DNA from: a virus
Lineage: Duplodnaviria; Caudoviricetes
IMG/VR virus record: IMGVR_UViG_3300030397_000312
Location: 1-57,093 of that record
Direction: 5' to 3' (one strand)
Length of the DNA: 57,093 nt
This document shows positions 20,970-30,317 of this stretch, one piece after another. The position numbers were made by a program, and so were the translations under genes. Each line of letters starts with the position of its first letter. Within the stretch, counting starts at the first letter, position 1. The notes below the pieces were generated by a model. It did no database searches. It saw only the letters and a program-made list of their open reading frames with translations, and had not been told where the DNA came from.

Positions 20970-22697
20970 CTATCTCCAGAAGCTAAATGGGTTGCCTCCA
21001 CTTGCGGTATTTAAGAAACTTGACTGTATTTGCGGTTGCGATTGTACATAATTAGAAGTATAGCCAGTGTCCGGTCGATATCCCATCGCAGACCAGTATG
21101 CGTAATTTGCTAACGCCGATGGGTCTTGCCAGTAATTCTGTACAGGATTTTGCGTTGCTGGTGGCGTATAACCAGAGACACTATTGTAACCACCTAACGA
21201 AACTCCTGGATATGACTGCTGCTGGAATCCACCAAGATTGCCGCCCATACCAAGGCTTTGCAGTAATGGCATAATTGCCTGCACGATAGATGTTAACTGC
21301 TGTACTTGCGTCTGTAACTGTTGCGGTTGTGTTGACATACTTTCGGGCGTGCCATTCACCGGGCGCATATCTACACCTCGCGGATTCCACCCTGAAGCTG
21401 ATCCGCGTGCGAGAAGGGAATTTTGACCATTATATCTAATATAATTAGAATACATGACTTCTTCTTCAGTCATGCCAAAGCGTTCCATCGCTTGCTGTAG
21501 CCGTGCTTCGTACATTGCAGCTTGCTGTTCAGGCGTCTTAATTGAATCTGTCATCGGCATTTGTGAAATGAAATTCATTGCCTCTCGCGACCTATTGAAT
21601 AAGTCTCGATCAACTGGATTCCCATTCCTATCTGTCGCGCCTCTGAGCAGCATCTCTTGCTTATCTAGTTGCGCACCTTGCCGAGCATTTTGCGTACCAC
21701 TCTGAAGACCTAATTGATTAGGACGTTGGAAATCGGATGGATTCGCTGCGCCACTAGGATTCTGATCTCCTGGAGCATTAATAGGCGGCATATTTGTCGG
21801 ACTGTCTGGTGTTTGCGGTTGTGGAGTTGTTCCGCCGCCTTGCTGTGGCGCACCTTCATTCCGCGCCCGTAGCCATCTATCTATCGCAGCTCTCGTTTCT
21901 CCATGTTGACCAGGGGATGGAACGGCATTCGGATTATCAGGATGTTGTGTAATTTGTGCTGGGTCCCACGCATTCGCCGTCGTGTTGCCACCCATACCAC
22001 TAACAAAGGACCCACGATCCTGATCATACCAATGAACACGACCATCTGGGCCAACATATGGAGTAATGTTTGTACGTTCTTGACCGATACGTTGCTGATC
22101 AGCGCCCGTTGGACGCGCATCAGGACTCTGACCTGTCCAAGTACCCTGTCCAGTACGCGGATCAAGACCAGTGACGGTTTTGTATTCTTGCTGCTTGAGC
22201 ACATAATTATCATGCGCATTAAGTGCTTCGCCGCGCATTACTTTATTGCGAGCTGCGGCAACTTCCCTATTGGCTGGAGCATGATCAAGTTGCGTGTTCG
22301 GCATCATGGCTCGCCGATATGCTGCATTCCTACCACCTGGGTCTTGCACATAGACCATACCAGTATACTTCGGCTGATTGTTGGGTGGCGCGGGGACTTT
22401 TGGCTTCCCGTGCCCACTTATTACACCACCTGGAGTAACCGTTGCCGTATGTGGACGATTCCGTGGATCATGTTTTGTGCCGCGTAAATCTACTGTTGTA
22501 CCACTAACTGCACCTTTTTTCCCAGTAAGAGGTTTGGGTTTTACTTGTCGCGAAGCCGAGGTGTTCCGCGAACTATACGGATTATAGCTTGTGCCTTTTG
22601 CGGCTGTACCTAATCGTGCAGCTTTATTCTTCGCGGCAGCTTTTGCAGCAGCGGCAGCACCTCTTGCTGTTATATGTGATCCGCCCTTATATGCCAT
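20970..22697 (-). CDS. low-complexity protein (basic N-terminus, Q/G/S/Y-rich C-terminus)
   Basis: 575 aa ORF, TAATG-coupled. Confidence 0.6.
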   Translation of the reverse strand: MAYKGGSHITARGAAAAAKAAAKNKAARLGTAAKGTSYNPYSSRNTSASRQVKPKPLTGKKGAVSGTTVDLRGTKHDPRNRPHTATVTPGGVISGHGKPKVPAPPNNQPKYTGMVYVQDPGGRNAAYRRAMMPNTQLDHAPANREVAAARNKVMRGEALNAHDNYVLKQQEYKTVTGLDPRTGQGTWTGQSPDARPTGADQQRIGQERTNITPYVGPDGRVHWYDQDRGSFVSGMGGNTTANAWDPAQITQHPDNPNAVPSPGQHGETRAAIDRWLRARNEGAPQQGGGTTPQPQTPDSPTNMPPINAPGDQNPSGAANPSDFQRPNQLGLQSGTQNARQGAQLDKQEMLLRGATDRNGNPVDRDLFNRSREAMNFISQMPMTDSIKTPEQQAAMYEARLQQAMERFGMTEEEVMYSNYIRYNGQNSLLARGSASGWNPRGVDMRPVNGTPESMSTQPQQLQTQVQQLTSIVQAIMPLLQSLGMGGNLGGFQQQSYPGVSLGGYNSVSGYTPPATQNPVQNYWQDPSALANYAYWSAMGYRPDTGYTSNYVQSQPQIQSSFLNTASGGNPFSFWR

Positions 22698-23530
22698 TAC
22701 ACACCCAATCCTTTAAATTTATTCCCACCACTGAAACCATATCGCGGATTTTTTGTCCACTGACTCAACAGGTTTCTCACGATCCCTTGAGTCTGCTCTC
22801 GTCGGCGATCTTCCTCAGAACGCTCAAAAGGACTCGTCGCGGCTCCTGGTGTTCCCTGTGCGCGAAACGGAGCTGGGCGTCCAGATGGGCGATTCTCCTG
22901 AAGATATTTCTGCCAAGCGGCACCGGCTTTTCGTCGATCTGCCCCTTCTCCTAATGTCACCCAAGATGGTAAATTGCCTGAGACATCACGCGCTTCTCCT
23001 GGCCGTGCGCGACTAATATATTTCTGGAGAAATTGGCCAAAACCACCTTCTCCTGGATCATTAATAGCGCTCATTTCTTGCTCAGTGAGTCCGATACCTT
23101 GCTTCGCAAAGGCAGATGCAAGTGCCGGACTCGTCGCCCTTCTCTCTGGAGCACGTTCAATAAGAGAGCTTGTTTCTGGCACAGCCGATGGCATCGGTTT
23201 TGATGCTGATGGTGTCCGTTGTGGCGTTCTATTGATAGGTTGCGGACCACTGCCAGTGTCCACATGTGCGTAACCGCTCGTACCATGCCCTGTTCTTATC
23301 CCACCGGAAGGTGTAATTGTTGCCGTTCGTGGATTCGCACGTGGACCAAATTTTGTACCCTTGAGATCAACCATAGTTCCACTCACAGGGCCTTGCTGTT
23401 CGCGAGGCTGACTAGTAGATGCGCGAATTGATCCCTGCGGACGAGTATTCTCTATTCTTCCAGGCGGTGGAATCCCAAATCGTCCACGGAAGTTACTCAT
23501 CGAAGCGCCTTGTCTATTAAACCATGACAT
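22697..23530 (-). CDS. R/P/S-rich disordered protein sharing a motif with its neighbour
   Basis: 277 aa ORF directly after a promoter. Confidence 0.6.
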   Translation of the reverse strand: MSWFNRQGASMSNFRGRFGIPPPGRIENTRPQGSIRASTSQPREQQGPVSGTMVDLKGTKFGPRANPRTATITPSGGIRTGHGTSGYAHVDTGSGPQPINRTPQRTPSASKPMPSAVPETSSLIERAPERRATSPALASAFAKQGIGLTEQEMSAINDPGEGGFGQFLQKYISRARPGEARDVSGNLPSWVTLGEGADRRKAGAAWQKYLQENRPSGRPAPFRAQGTPGAATSPFERSEEDRRREQTQGIVRNLLSQWTKNPRYGFSGGNKFKGLGV

Positions 23531-23563
23531 ATTATATCTCTTTTTTCTTTATTTTATGCGTGT

Positions 23564-23598
23564 ATTATACCATATATACGCGGTTTAGTCTAGGAAAA
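23564..23598 (-). promoter_or_regulatory. conserved phage promoter
   Basis: TTTTCC-TAGACT-N17-TATAAT. Confidence 0.7.
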
Positions 23599-23602
23599 TC
23601 AA

Positions 23603-24226
23603 CTAGCTAGTTGAGGGCGAGACCCATTGCATCCAAAACTCTGGACTACTCTGGAGTGATGCATTAATATCCAAATTACCCCCAGATGTTTGTGTGGCAA
23701 AAGATTCAACATAGTCATTTAATGCCATTTCATAAAAAGTTATTAAAGTCTGCGGCATTACAAGGCTTCCTGCGGTGGCTTGCCGCATGTCTTCCGCAAT
23801 AATAGTAGTCGTTGGGGTAGAATCGACATGTTTAATCGTAATGAGACGATCTCCCGCAGTAGATGCAGCCCATTCAACATGTAATCCTATCATATAGACG
23901 CCAGAACGTCCTGCTATGAGGCGGGAATTATTGGTCGAGGGGTCATGCATATTCCGAATATCGAAGCGTTCCTGATTATAGTCCAGGCGCTTTTCAGTCG
24001 CAGTGGTGCATGTAATTGCGGCGTCATTATAGACGCGACAATTATAATCGAACCCTAAGTCGTCAATTAATCTACGGTATTCTTCTACAAGGAAACGCAG
24101 GAGTGCGTTATGTTTCTTGGCGAGGTCTTCCGTGTCAACTGCAAAATCTTGTGCACTGAAAAGGTTACTCCGTTCAGCCTCGACTTGGAATAATCCTTCC
24201 GGGAATTCTAAGATGCGCCTGGGGAT
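23603..24226 (-). CDS. C1q/TNF-like beta-sandwich tail appendage protein
   Basis: Frame stays open upstream of the track start to ATC at 24226 (GGAG SD); CRVYND...ERFDIRNMHDP...SRL..SGVYMI pattern. Confidence 0.6.
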   Translation of the reverse strand: MPRRILEFPEGLFQVEAERSNLFSAQDFAVDTEDLAKKHNALLRFLVEEYRRLIDDLGFDYNCRVYNDAAITCTTATEKRLDYNQERFDIRNMHDPSTNNSRLIAGRSGVYMIGLHVEWAASTAGDRLITIKHVDSTPTTTIIAEDMRQATAGSLVMPQTLITFYEMALNDYVESFATQTSGGNLDINASLQSSPEFWMQWVSPSTS

Positions 24227-24828
24227 ATACTACTCCAATACTCCTCCAGTGATTTGATATGTTTACTTAAATTGCATTGACTATGTGTAGGGGCTAAGTT
24301 TTCTTCAGTATGTATGCCGCCCTTAACAATAGGTACGATGTGATCCATATGTAAATCGCCTTCGTCAATAGGCTTTTCACATAGATAACAGATCATTTCA
24401 TAAGCTTTACATATCTTTTTTATATCAACTGGAGACTGAACGGCTCCTAATCGGATTCGTCGTAACGCTTCATGATGGACTGAAATTTCAGGATGATCCT
24501 TTCTGTAGCGCTTATTATAACGACTAACTCGTTCCTTATTAATCGCTTTCCATCGCCGAGTTGCGGCGTTATATTTATCACGGGATAATTCACGTTGAAC
24601 GCGAATCTCCTCCCTATGTTCATCTTTCCAAAGTTTCTGCTTACGTCGTATAACGTCCCTATTGCGATAATAGTAAGAACGATCAGAGGCTCTTTTTTTG
24701 ACTACATCGACTGAGCTAAATTTACGACATTCTTTACATATCGTGTATAATCCATCCTTCTTAGCTCCATCCCTATGGTACGCTTCTGCTGTTAAAAGCT
24801 CACCGCATTTGGGACATAATTTACTCAT
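24208..24828 (-). CDS. HNH endonuclease with N-terminal Zn finger
   Basis: CPKC...CKEC; CYLC...HMDHIVPIVKGGIHTEENLAPTHSQCNLSK. Confidence 0.9.
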   Translation of the reverse strand: MSKLCPKCGELLTAEAYHRDGAKKDGLYTICKECRKFSSVDVVKKRASDRSYYYRNRDVIRRKQKLWKDEHREEIRVQRELSRDKYNAATRRWKAINKERVSRYNKRYRKDHPEISVHHEALRRIRLGAVQSPVDIKKICKAYEMICYLCEKPIDEGDLHMDHIVPIVKGGIHTEENLAPTHSQCNLSKHIKSLEEYWSSISPGAS

Positions 24829-25021
24829 TTTTCTTTGTCTTATTTTCTCTTACGATAGGTGCAGGCAATCCGCTATGATCGCACTCTGGACTCCAGATTC
24901 CATGCCTATGTGAATCTAACACTCCTTGCCCTCCGTGATCAAAGACTTTCTTAGGTTTATAGGTTCTTTGAGATCGGGCTTTTGGACATCTTATCCATTC
25001 GCCCTCTTGAGGGTCTCTCAT
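24821..25021 (-). CDS. hypothetical protein
   Basis: 66 aa with AGGAG SD. Confidence 0.5.
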   Translation of the reverse strand: MRDPQEGEWIRCPKARSQRTYKPKKVFDHGGQGVLDSHRHGIWSPECDHSGLPAPIVRENKTKKNE

Positions 25022-25023
25022 AA

Positions 25024-25269
25024 TTACTCCTTCTCTTCCGTCTCTTCTACTTCTTCGGGGTGATGTTTCTGAAATTCTCCTGAGAGATTATTATGTGCAT
25101 CCGCGACTCGCTTCATGTTCGCATCTAGATTCACGATTGCGCGTTTCATTGCTGTAATTTCTTTTGCAAGATCGGCATCTGGATTACCAATCCGCATCTC
25201 ACAACCCATCCCTAATCCAATAATAATCGCGAGTAAAAACCCGGTAAATGTGAGCATTGTGCTCTTCAT
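25024..25269 (-). CDS. putative lipoprotein with coiled coil
   Basis: Hydrophobic N-terminus ending LGMG-C, then heptad repeats. Confidence 0.6.
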   Translation of the reverse strand: MKSTMLTFTGFLLAIIIGLGMGCEMRIGNPDADLAKEITAMKRAIVNLDANMKRVADAHNNLSGEFQKHHPEEVEETEEKE

Positions 25270-25278
25270 AATAACTCC

Positions 25279-25590
25279 TTACTGACAGAATTTAGTGTCT
25301 ATTTTAAGACCTTTTCCTACCATAGCATTTTTCTCACGCTCTGTCAACCCACACAGATCGCCCATGAGTCGTGTTTTGAGGATATTATCATTATGATCTG
25401 CGACTATTCCTTTGAGGTTGCGATCAATGGTATCAAATAACTATGTATCCGCCTGTGCGTTAACTGCGGGTTGTTCGTCTTTGTCAAATACGACTATGTA
25501 CTTGCCGCTGTTTCCTTGTCGCTTTACCTCTAAAGCTTCTACTGTGATTGGAATACACATCAAAATAAAGGCTAACCACCAATTACGCAT
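25279..25590 (-). pseudogene. signal-peptide protein (103 codons) interrupted by an in-frame TAG
   Basis: MRNWWLAFILMCIPITVEA...ADT*LFDTID...KFCQ; TAG at 25441-25443; the frame fills the intergenic gap exactly. Confidence 0.55.
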
Positions 25591-27336
25591 TTATGAATTC
25601 TCTAATACGTCAATCCGCGCTTCTAAGTCTTCAATCGTCTGATTGAGTTCCTGGATAGCCTTGACAAGTAAAGCTGTCATGTGACGATACTTCACACCAC
25701 CCAATTCCCCATTCGCATATGTCGCTAATATTGGATTGATAGACTCCACTTCTTCAGCAATAAAACCAAGGTCTCGCTGTCCACCCTGATCTTCTGTCCA
25801 TGTATATTCAACTGGTCGTAATTCCATCAGCGTGTCCAGCCCTAACGGTAAGTCTTCTACATCTTCTTTGAATTTCGACAATGAGGTACAACTTGTCAGA
25901 TAGCTAATGCCCGAATTATCCCAACAGACCGTGGCTGAATTTGCGGTGGCAAATTTACCAACTTGCACATCTCCATCAGCTTCAAGTAATAAAGCTGTTG
26001 TTGTTGCGGAAAAGTCCGCATCTGCAACTGTGCTATCATTAAACATAAATACGACATTATCACTGCCATTTCCATGTACCATGCCAAACCCCTGGAATCC
26101 GGCATTAGAATTCTTCAGCGTATTCGCCGTAGCGGAATGAATAGCATGTAATGCAAAAAATGGTGCACCATTACCAGAATAATGACCCCATGCACTGGTG
26201 TAATCTGCGTTCGTATGTTCCGTCATGAAACTATTTCGTCCATCTTCAGAAAGAACACCTATGTCAGTATTAGCTGCGGTGGCTTGGATAATATGCAATC
26301 GTGCTTCAGGACTATCCGTATTGATACCAATATCTCCATCACCTTTCACGCGGAAAAAGTCCGTAACGCCGGACTGATCCTTAACAAGGAGCGCGGCATC
26401 AGAGCTGTTCGTTCCAGCAGTAATACGTACCCCAAAACTTTCACCTGAGTCTGTATCTTGCGATTCGACACGAACCACGTATTGATTATCAATCGCCGTT
26501 GCAATATCCAAGACCGCATCTGGAGTCGTATCGCCAATACCAATCACACCGCTTTGCAAGATACGCAGCGCTTCTGAATCTGCACCAGTTGCAAGGGCCA
26601 GATCAGCGGAAGATTTTTGCGTGCCGACTGTCAATAAGTCAGCATCATGATTCCAATATATCGCAGCTCCTAGACTATCACTTGGTGAACCAAACCCAAT
26701 ACTTGCATTATTTGCATCAGGTGTTAACACTGTAATACCGCCTGCTGCATTTTGCTCTACCACTAAGTCGTCGAAATTGGCTGCTGCTGTCACTGACCCA
26801 GCACTATTCGTTAAGGCGTGCAATGTGCCATCTGGCTCGACGTTAATACCCACGCGACGAGAAGCACCAACAAGCCGAAGAATAGAAGTCTCACTCCCGC
26901 CATCCATAACATAGAATTCCATGTCTGCATCTTCTGATCCGTCCGTGACTGTGGTCAGATTCACTTCAATACGTGCTTGTCGCTGCGAACCACCGGCATC
27001 TTCAACTTTAATTCCTAACGATCCACCAATACCAGCCTGCGGCGTCCCTGAAGTGGTCTTCTCAATATCAAGTACAACAGTATTGCTGCTATTATTAGCA
27101 TCATCGACCGTTGGTGCAGATGTGTCATCAGTCCCATATCCTAATTGCCCATTCGCACCAACACACTCAACAACCTCTCCGACCGTACATGTTCCGCCTT
27201 TTGTCGCGCCACCATCAATATCAAGAATATTGATTGGATCGTCGGCACTCTTACTATGAGTCAAAGAGTGATCAGCCGCGTGGACTGGTGCAGCTATTAA
27301 AAACGCCGCTAACAATGTTGCTACTATTTTCTTCAT
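25591..27336 (-). CDS. tail fibre with C-terminal peptidase S74 intramolecular chaperone and N-terminal signal-peptide-like sequence
   Basis: Repeats of the GxIGIxTxxPxAxLHI type; S..KFKEDV...LRPVEYTW...GFIAEEVE...VKY..LLVKAIQEL; start MKKIVATLLAAFLIAAPVHA. Confidence 0.85.
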   Translation of the reverse strand: MKKIVATLLAAFLIAAPVHAADHSLTHSKSADDPINILDIDGGATKGGTCTVGEVVECVGANGQLGYGTDDTSAPTVDDANNSSNTVVLDIEKTTSGTPQAGIGGSLGIKVEDAGGSQRQARIEVNLTTVTDGSEDADMEFYVMDGGSETSILRLVGASRRVGINVEPDGTLHALTNSAGSVTAAANFDDLVVEQNAAGGITVLTPDANNASIGFGSPSDSLGAAIYWNHDADLLTVGTQKSSADLALATGADSEALRILQSGVIGIGDTTPDAVLDIATAIDNQYVVRVESQDTDSGESFGVRITAGTNSSDAALLVKDQSGVTDFFRVKGDGDIGINTDSPEARLHIIQATAANTDIGVLSEDGRNSFMTEHTNADYTSAWGHYSGNGAPFFALHAIHSATANTLKNSNAGFQGFGMVHGNGSDNVVFMFNDSTVADADFSATTTALLLEADGDVQVGKFATANSATVCWDNSGISYLTSCTSLSKFKEDVEDLPLGLDTLMELRPVEYTWTEDQGGQRDLGFIAEEVESINPILATYANGELGGVKYRHMTALLVKAIQELNQTIEDLEARIDVLENS

Positions 27337-27345
27337 GTTATCCTC

Positions 27346-28956
27346 TTAATTATCATCTGCGTCAATGTCAACTTGAATACTATCTCGTTTCCACGCGAGC
27401 GGACCACGATACTTTACGTCAAGCGCAAGTTCATAGAATTCCCCATCATGACCAGTCGCAGGAAAGATCACATCACATGACATGAAGTGTCCCCAATTTG
27501 CATTACTCGTAATTGGAGCAATAACATCTTGAATCTGAAAACTTCCTTTCGTTTCTCCTAATGCAACAAAATCCGCATATGAACTCTCATTATTATCATA
27601 GAGTAAGCCGAGTGAGAGTGCCGACTTCCCGCGATAAATAGCTTTTGCACGATAGGCGCGGCCATACGAATCAGCTTCCCCAATACGAACAAAGGGCACT
27701 TGGATACGAGTATCAATATCCGTCTCTGTTCCGTTATCATCGTCTTTTTCAGGATTACTATTCGCGAAGTCGATCTCACGAATATCCCCTGTCGTATCGC
27801 CGATATACATCGCGCCACCATTCGTATCATCCTCTGCGGGACTATCCGCAATAGCATTGAATGGTAGCCCTGTCCAACGTGCCCAAAGGAATCGCGGCCC
27901 ATCTTGCGTTAACACACGCGAGACAACATATGTGGTATCCGCATCAGAAGGATCAAGTTGAATGATGTACATATCTTTTCGCGTGAAGTAGCATCCGACT
28001 GCACTCGTATAGAGATTCTGTCCACCAGGAGTCACAAATAAGCTACTAATCGGTAATGATAAATCCTGCGACTGCGGGCTTTGCCCATCAGTAATACGCA
28101 ATCCATTACGGCTCAAGTATACGACGCCCCACGGAGTCAACTTAATGGTCTCTGGAGCGATACATCCCTCCGTATTATATCGGACGAACTGCCCGGATGT
28201 GGTGGACCCGAACTCAATATCGCCTAAGAAGCGCCAAATACCAGAAGTTTTAAAAACCAGTAAAGCGTCTCCAATTCCCACAAGGCCAACAATGTCGCCA
28301 CCATCAGGGTCATTGGCAGATAGCTGGTTAAGAGAAGGAAAATTACTATCGGAATTAACGTCCGAAGCATAGACTGAGAAGTTAACATTATCATCATCTA
28401 CTACCCACATCCGCGACTTCCAAACTTCTATATAGGGGCCAATATCATCATTACTCGCGAAGACGCTAGTACTATCTTGCGTAATCGCAGTAATATTACT
28501 CCCGTCGTAGAACTTAATGCCCTCTTTCCCGTTGACCATATAGGTCTTATTTTTCGCGGGCCAGTTCACAAAATGCCAGCGCGTATTCGCAAGATAGCCC
28601 GTTGGACTCCCGCCAAGCGCATCATCAAAAACACCATCCGCATCATTATCGTGGACGAAATCCACATTTCCAGAGGAACTGTTCTGAATCACTGCGAGCC
28701 AGGAAGGACTATTACTCCCCGTATCTCTTGGATAATGTCGCCAGAGTCCTAAGATACTCGATGCATTCGTTGGCTTATCGAGATAACGTATACCTCTCCG
28801 TCCGCGTAATTTGATGGTTTCCCCACCAGACACGTATTCAATATTCTGGGCTTTGAGTAAGGCATTCTCAGGCGTGTAGATATTCAGCGCCCGCGAATCC
28901 CAAAGTCCCCCAGAGAAGTCGTTAAATCTTACAGTTGGGATAAACAATGCCTCCAT
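27346..28956 (-). CDS. tail nozzle / tail tubular protein B (P22 gp10-like)
   Basis: NDFSGGL start, beta-propeller-like pattern, GCIAPETI motif, size and position. Confidence 0.7.
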   Translation of the reverse strand: MEALFIPTVRFNDFSGGLWDSRALNIYTPENALLKAQNIEYVSGGETIKLRGRRGIRYLDKPTNASSILGLWRHYPRDTGSNSPSWLAVIQNSSSGNVDFVHDNDADGVFDDALGGSPTGYLANTRWHFVNWPAKNKTYMVNGKEGIKFYDGSNITAITQDSTSVFASNDDIGPYIEVWKSRMWVVDDDNVNFSVYASDVNSDSNFPSLNQLSANDPDGGDIVGLVGIGDALLVFKTSGIWRFLGDIEFGSTTSGQFVRYNTEGCIAPETIKLTPWGVVYLSRNGLRITDGQSPQSQDLSLPISSLFVTPGGQNLYTSAVGCYFTRKDMYIIQLDPSDADTTYVVSRVLTQDGPRFLWARWTGLPFNAIADSPAEDDTNGGAMYIGDTTGDIREIDFANSNPEKDDDNGTETDIDTRIQVPFVRIGEADSYGRAYRAKAIYRGKSALSLGLLYDNNESSYADFVALGETKGSFQIQDVIAPITSNANWGHFMSCDVIFPATGHDGEFYELALDVKYRGPLAWKRDSIQVDIDADDN

Positions 28957-29418
28957 CGTTTATTATTCACCACACCGGCTATCAACTGATGGCTCACTTT
29001 ATACTTAGTCGCAAGCTTCCTATGTGATGTTAAGCCTTCATTATATTCTTTGCGAATCTCTTTCACATCATTATCTGATAATTTTGCCCTGTTATTTTTC
29101 TCTCCATAAGTGTGTCTTTTTTTTAACAACTTTATCTTCCGTGTTATCTCTATTGGAACCTAAAAATAGATGAGCCGGATTAACACAGTGCCCTATATCA
29201 CACTTATGTAACACATGAAGCCCTTTCGGTATTCGACCTCGATGCAATGTAAATGACAGGCGATGAGCACATATGACCTTACCGTCTCTATTAAGAACGC
29301 CATATCCATGATTACCAAGAGCGGCATCCCATAACCAACAACCATCATCTTGACGTTTAACTTTAGATCAAAAAACGTCCAAGATTGGTTTCTTCTTATA
29401 TTTACGTACAGTTGGCAT
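28929..29418 (-). pseudogene. degenerate HNH endonuclease
   Basis: MPTVRK...VF*SKV..GCWLW..AHRLSF..HKCD..CVNPAHLFLG; TGA at the conserved Trp and an extra A in an A8 run near 29120. Confidence 0.8.
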
Positions 29419-29831
29419 TAGTACCCCGATTGTGCGCTACGTTTCGCCTTACCTTTTAATCTGTCTTTCGTCCCTAATCGTTCGGCTATGCGCCGCTGCT
29501 GAGCAGCTTTAAAATCAGGCTTCACGCCAGTGCGTAGTTGAGGTAAATCTCCAGGCTTTAATCTTCGCGTCGCCTTAAGTAATTCTGGAAAATCTTTCGA
29601 CGCATTCCCAGGCATTTCATGCGTGATTGATCCAGTACCCTTACGAGTGACCTTCGGGCGTGGATTTTTCACCGTATCTTTCGCTTCACTCTTGACCGTC
29701 TTTCGTGCGCCTTTTTTAGCCGCTTTCTTCGCACTCTTCTTGGCGGATTTCTTTCCTAGATGTTTAATTAACTTCTTTAGTCCTACTTTGGCCGCAGCTC
29801 CCGCTGCTCCCATTAGTGCTGGATGTGGCAT
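29418..29831 (-). CDS. Lys-rich histone-H1-like basic protein
   Basis: KKSAKKSAKKAAKKGARK repeats. Confidence 0.65.
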   Translation of the reverse strand: MPHPALMGAAGAAAKVGLKKLIKHLGKKSAKKSAKKAAKKGARKTVKSEAKDTVKNPRPKVTRKGTGSITHEMPGNASKDFPELLKATRRLKPGDLPQLRTGVKPDFKAAQQRRIAERLGTKDRLKGKAKRSAQSGY

Positions 29832-29849
29832 ATTTAACTCGGCAATCTA

Positions 29850-30308
29850 CTATACATGCGTCCAAACCTGACGATGTATAATTCTATTAATAGCCGCTGA
29901 TGTTACGTCATATTTACGTGCTAATTTGGCTTGAGATATATTCCCTTCATCGTATTGATGTCTAATATTGATAATTTGATCTTCATTGAATTTAGACGCA
30001 CCGTTACGGGAACCCCTTGGACCTTTTCCCCTAGCTCGTCCTTTATGAACCATATCCGTCATATTATCATAATGAGTACCTATAGTTAAGTGATCAGGAT
30101 TCACACATGATGGATTGTCGCAACGATGCATAACGTGCATCCCATCAGGGATATCCCCTATTAGATGCTGATATGAATACCTATGCGCTCTATAATTCAC
30201 TCCGTCAGCCTTGAATTTCCCATATCCGCGACTAAGATTTCCCATCCATCTCCAGCAACCTTTGCCGTTAGTATCTATACAAATAAAATTCCAGAAATTA
30301 TCTTTCAT
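29850..30308 (-). CDS. HNH homing endonuclease
   Basis: CWRW..GYG..AHRYSY..HRCDNPSCVNPDHLTIGTHYDN. Confidence 0.9.
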   Translation of the reverse strand: MKDNFWNFICIDTNGKGCWRWMGNLSRGYGKFKADGVNYRAHRYSYQHLIGDIPDGMHVMHRCDNPSCVNPDHLTIGTHYDNMTDMVHKGRARGKGPRGSRNGASKFNEDQIINIRHQYDEGNISQAKLARKYDVTSAAINRIIHRQVWTHV

Positions 30309-30317
30309 AAATATTCT

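Noticed and set aside
7205-29418. Genome-wide stop-codon reassignment (TAG=Gln or TGA=Trp)
   Set aside because: TAG and TGA end many genes with stop-start coupling (TAGTG at 14914, ATGA at 291 and 6553), and long genes have no internal stops.
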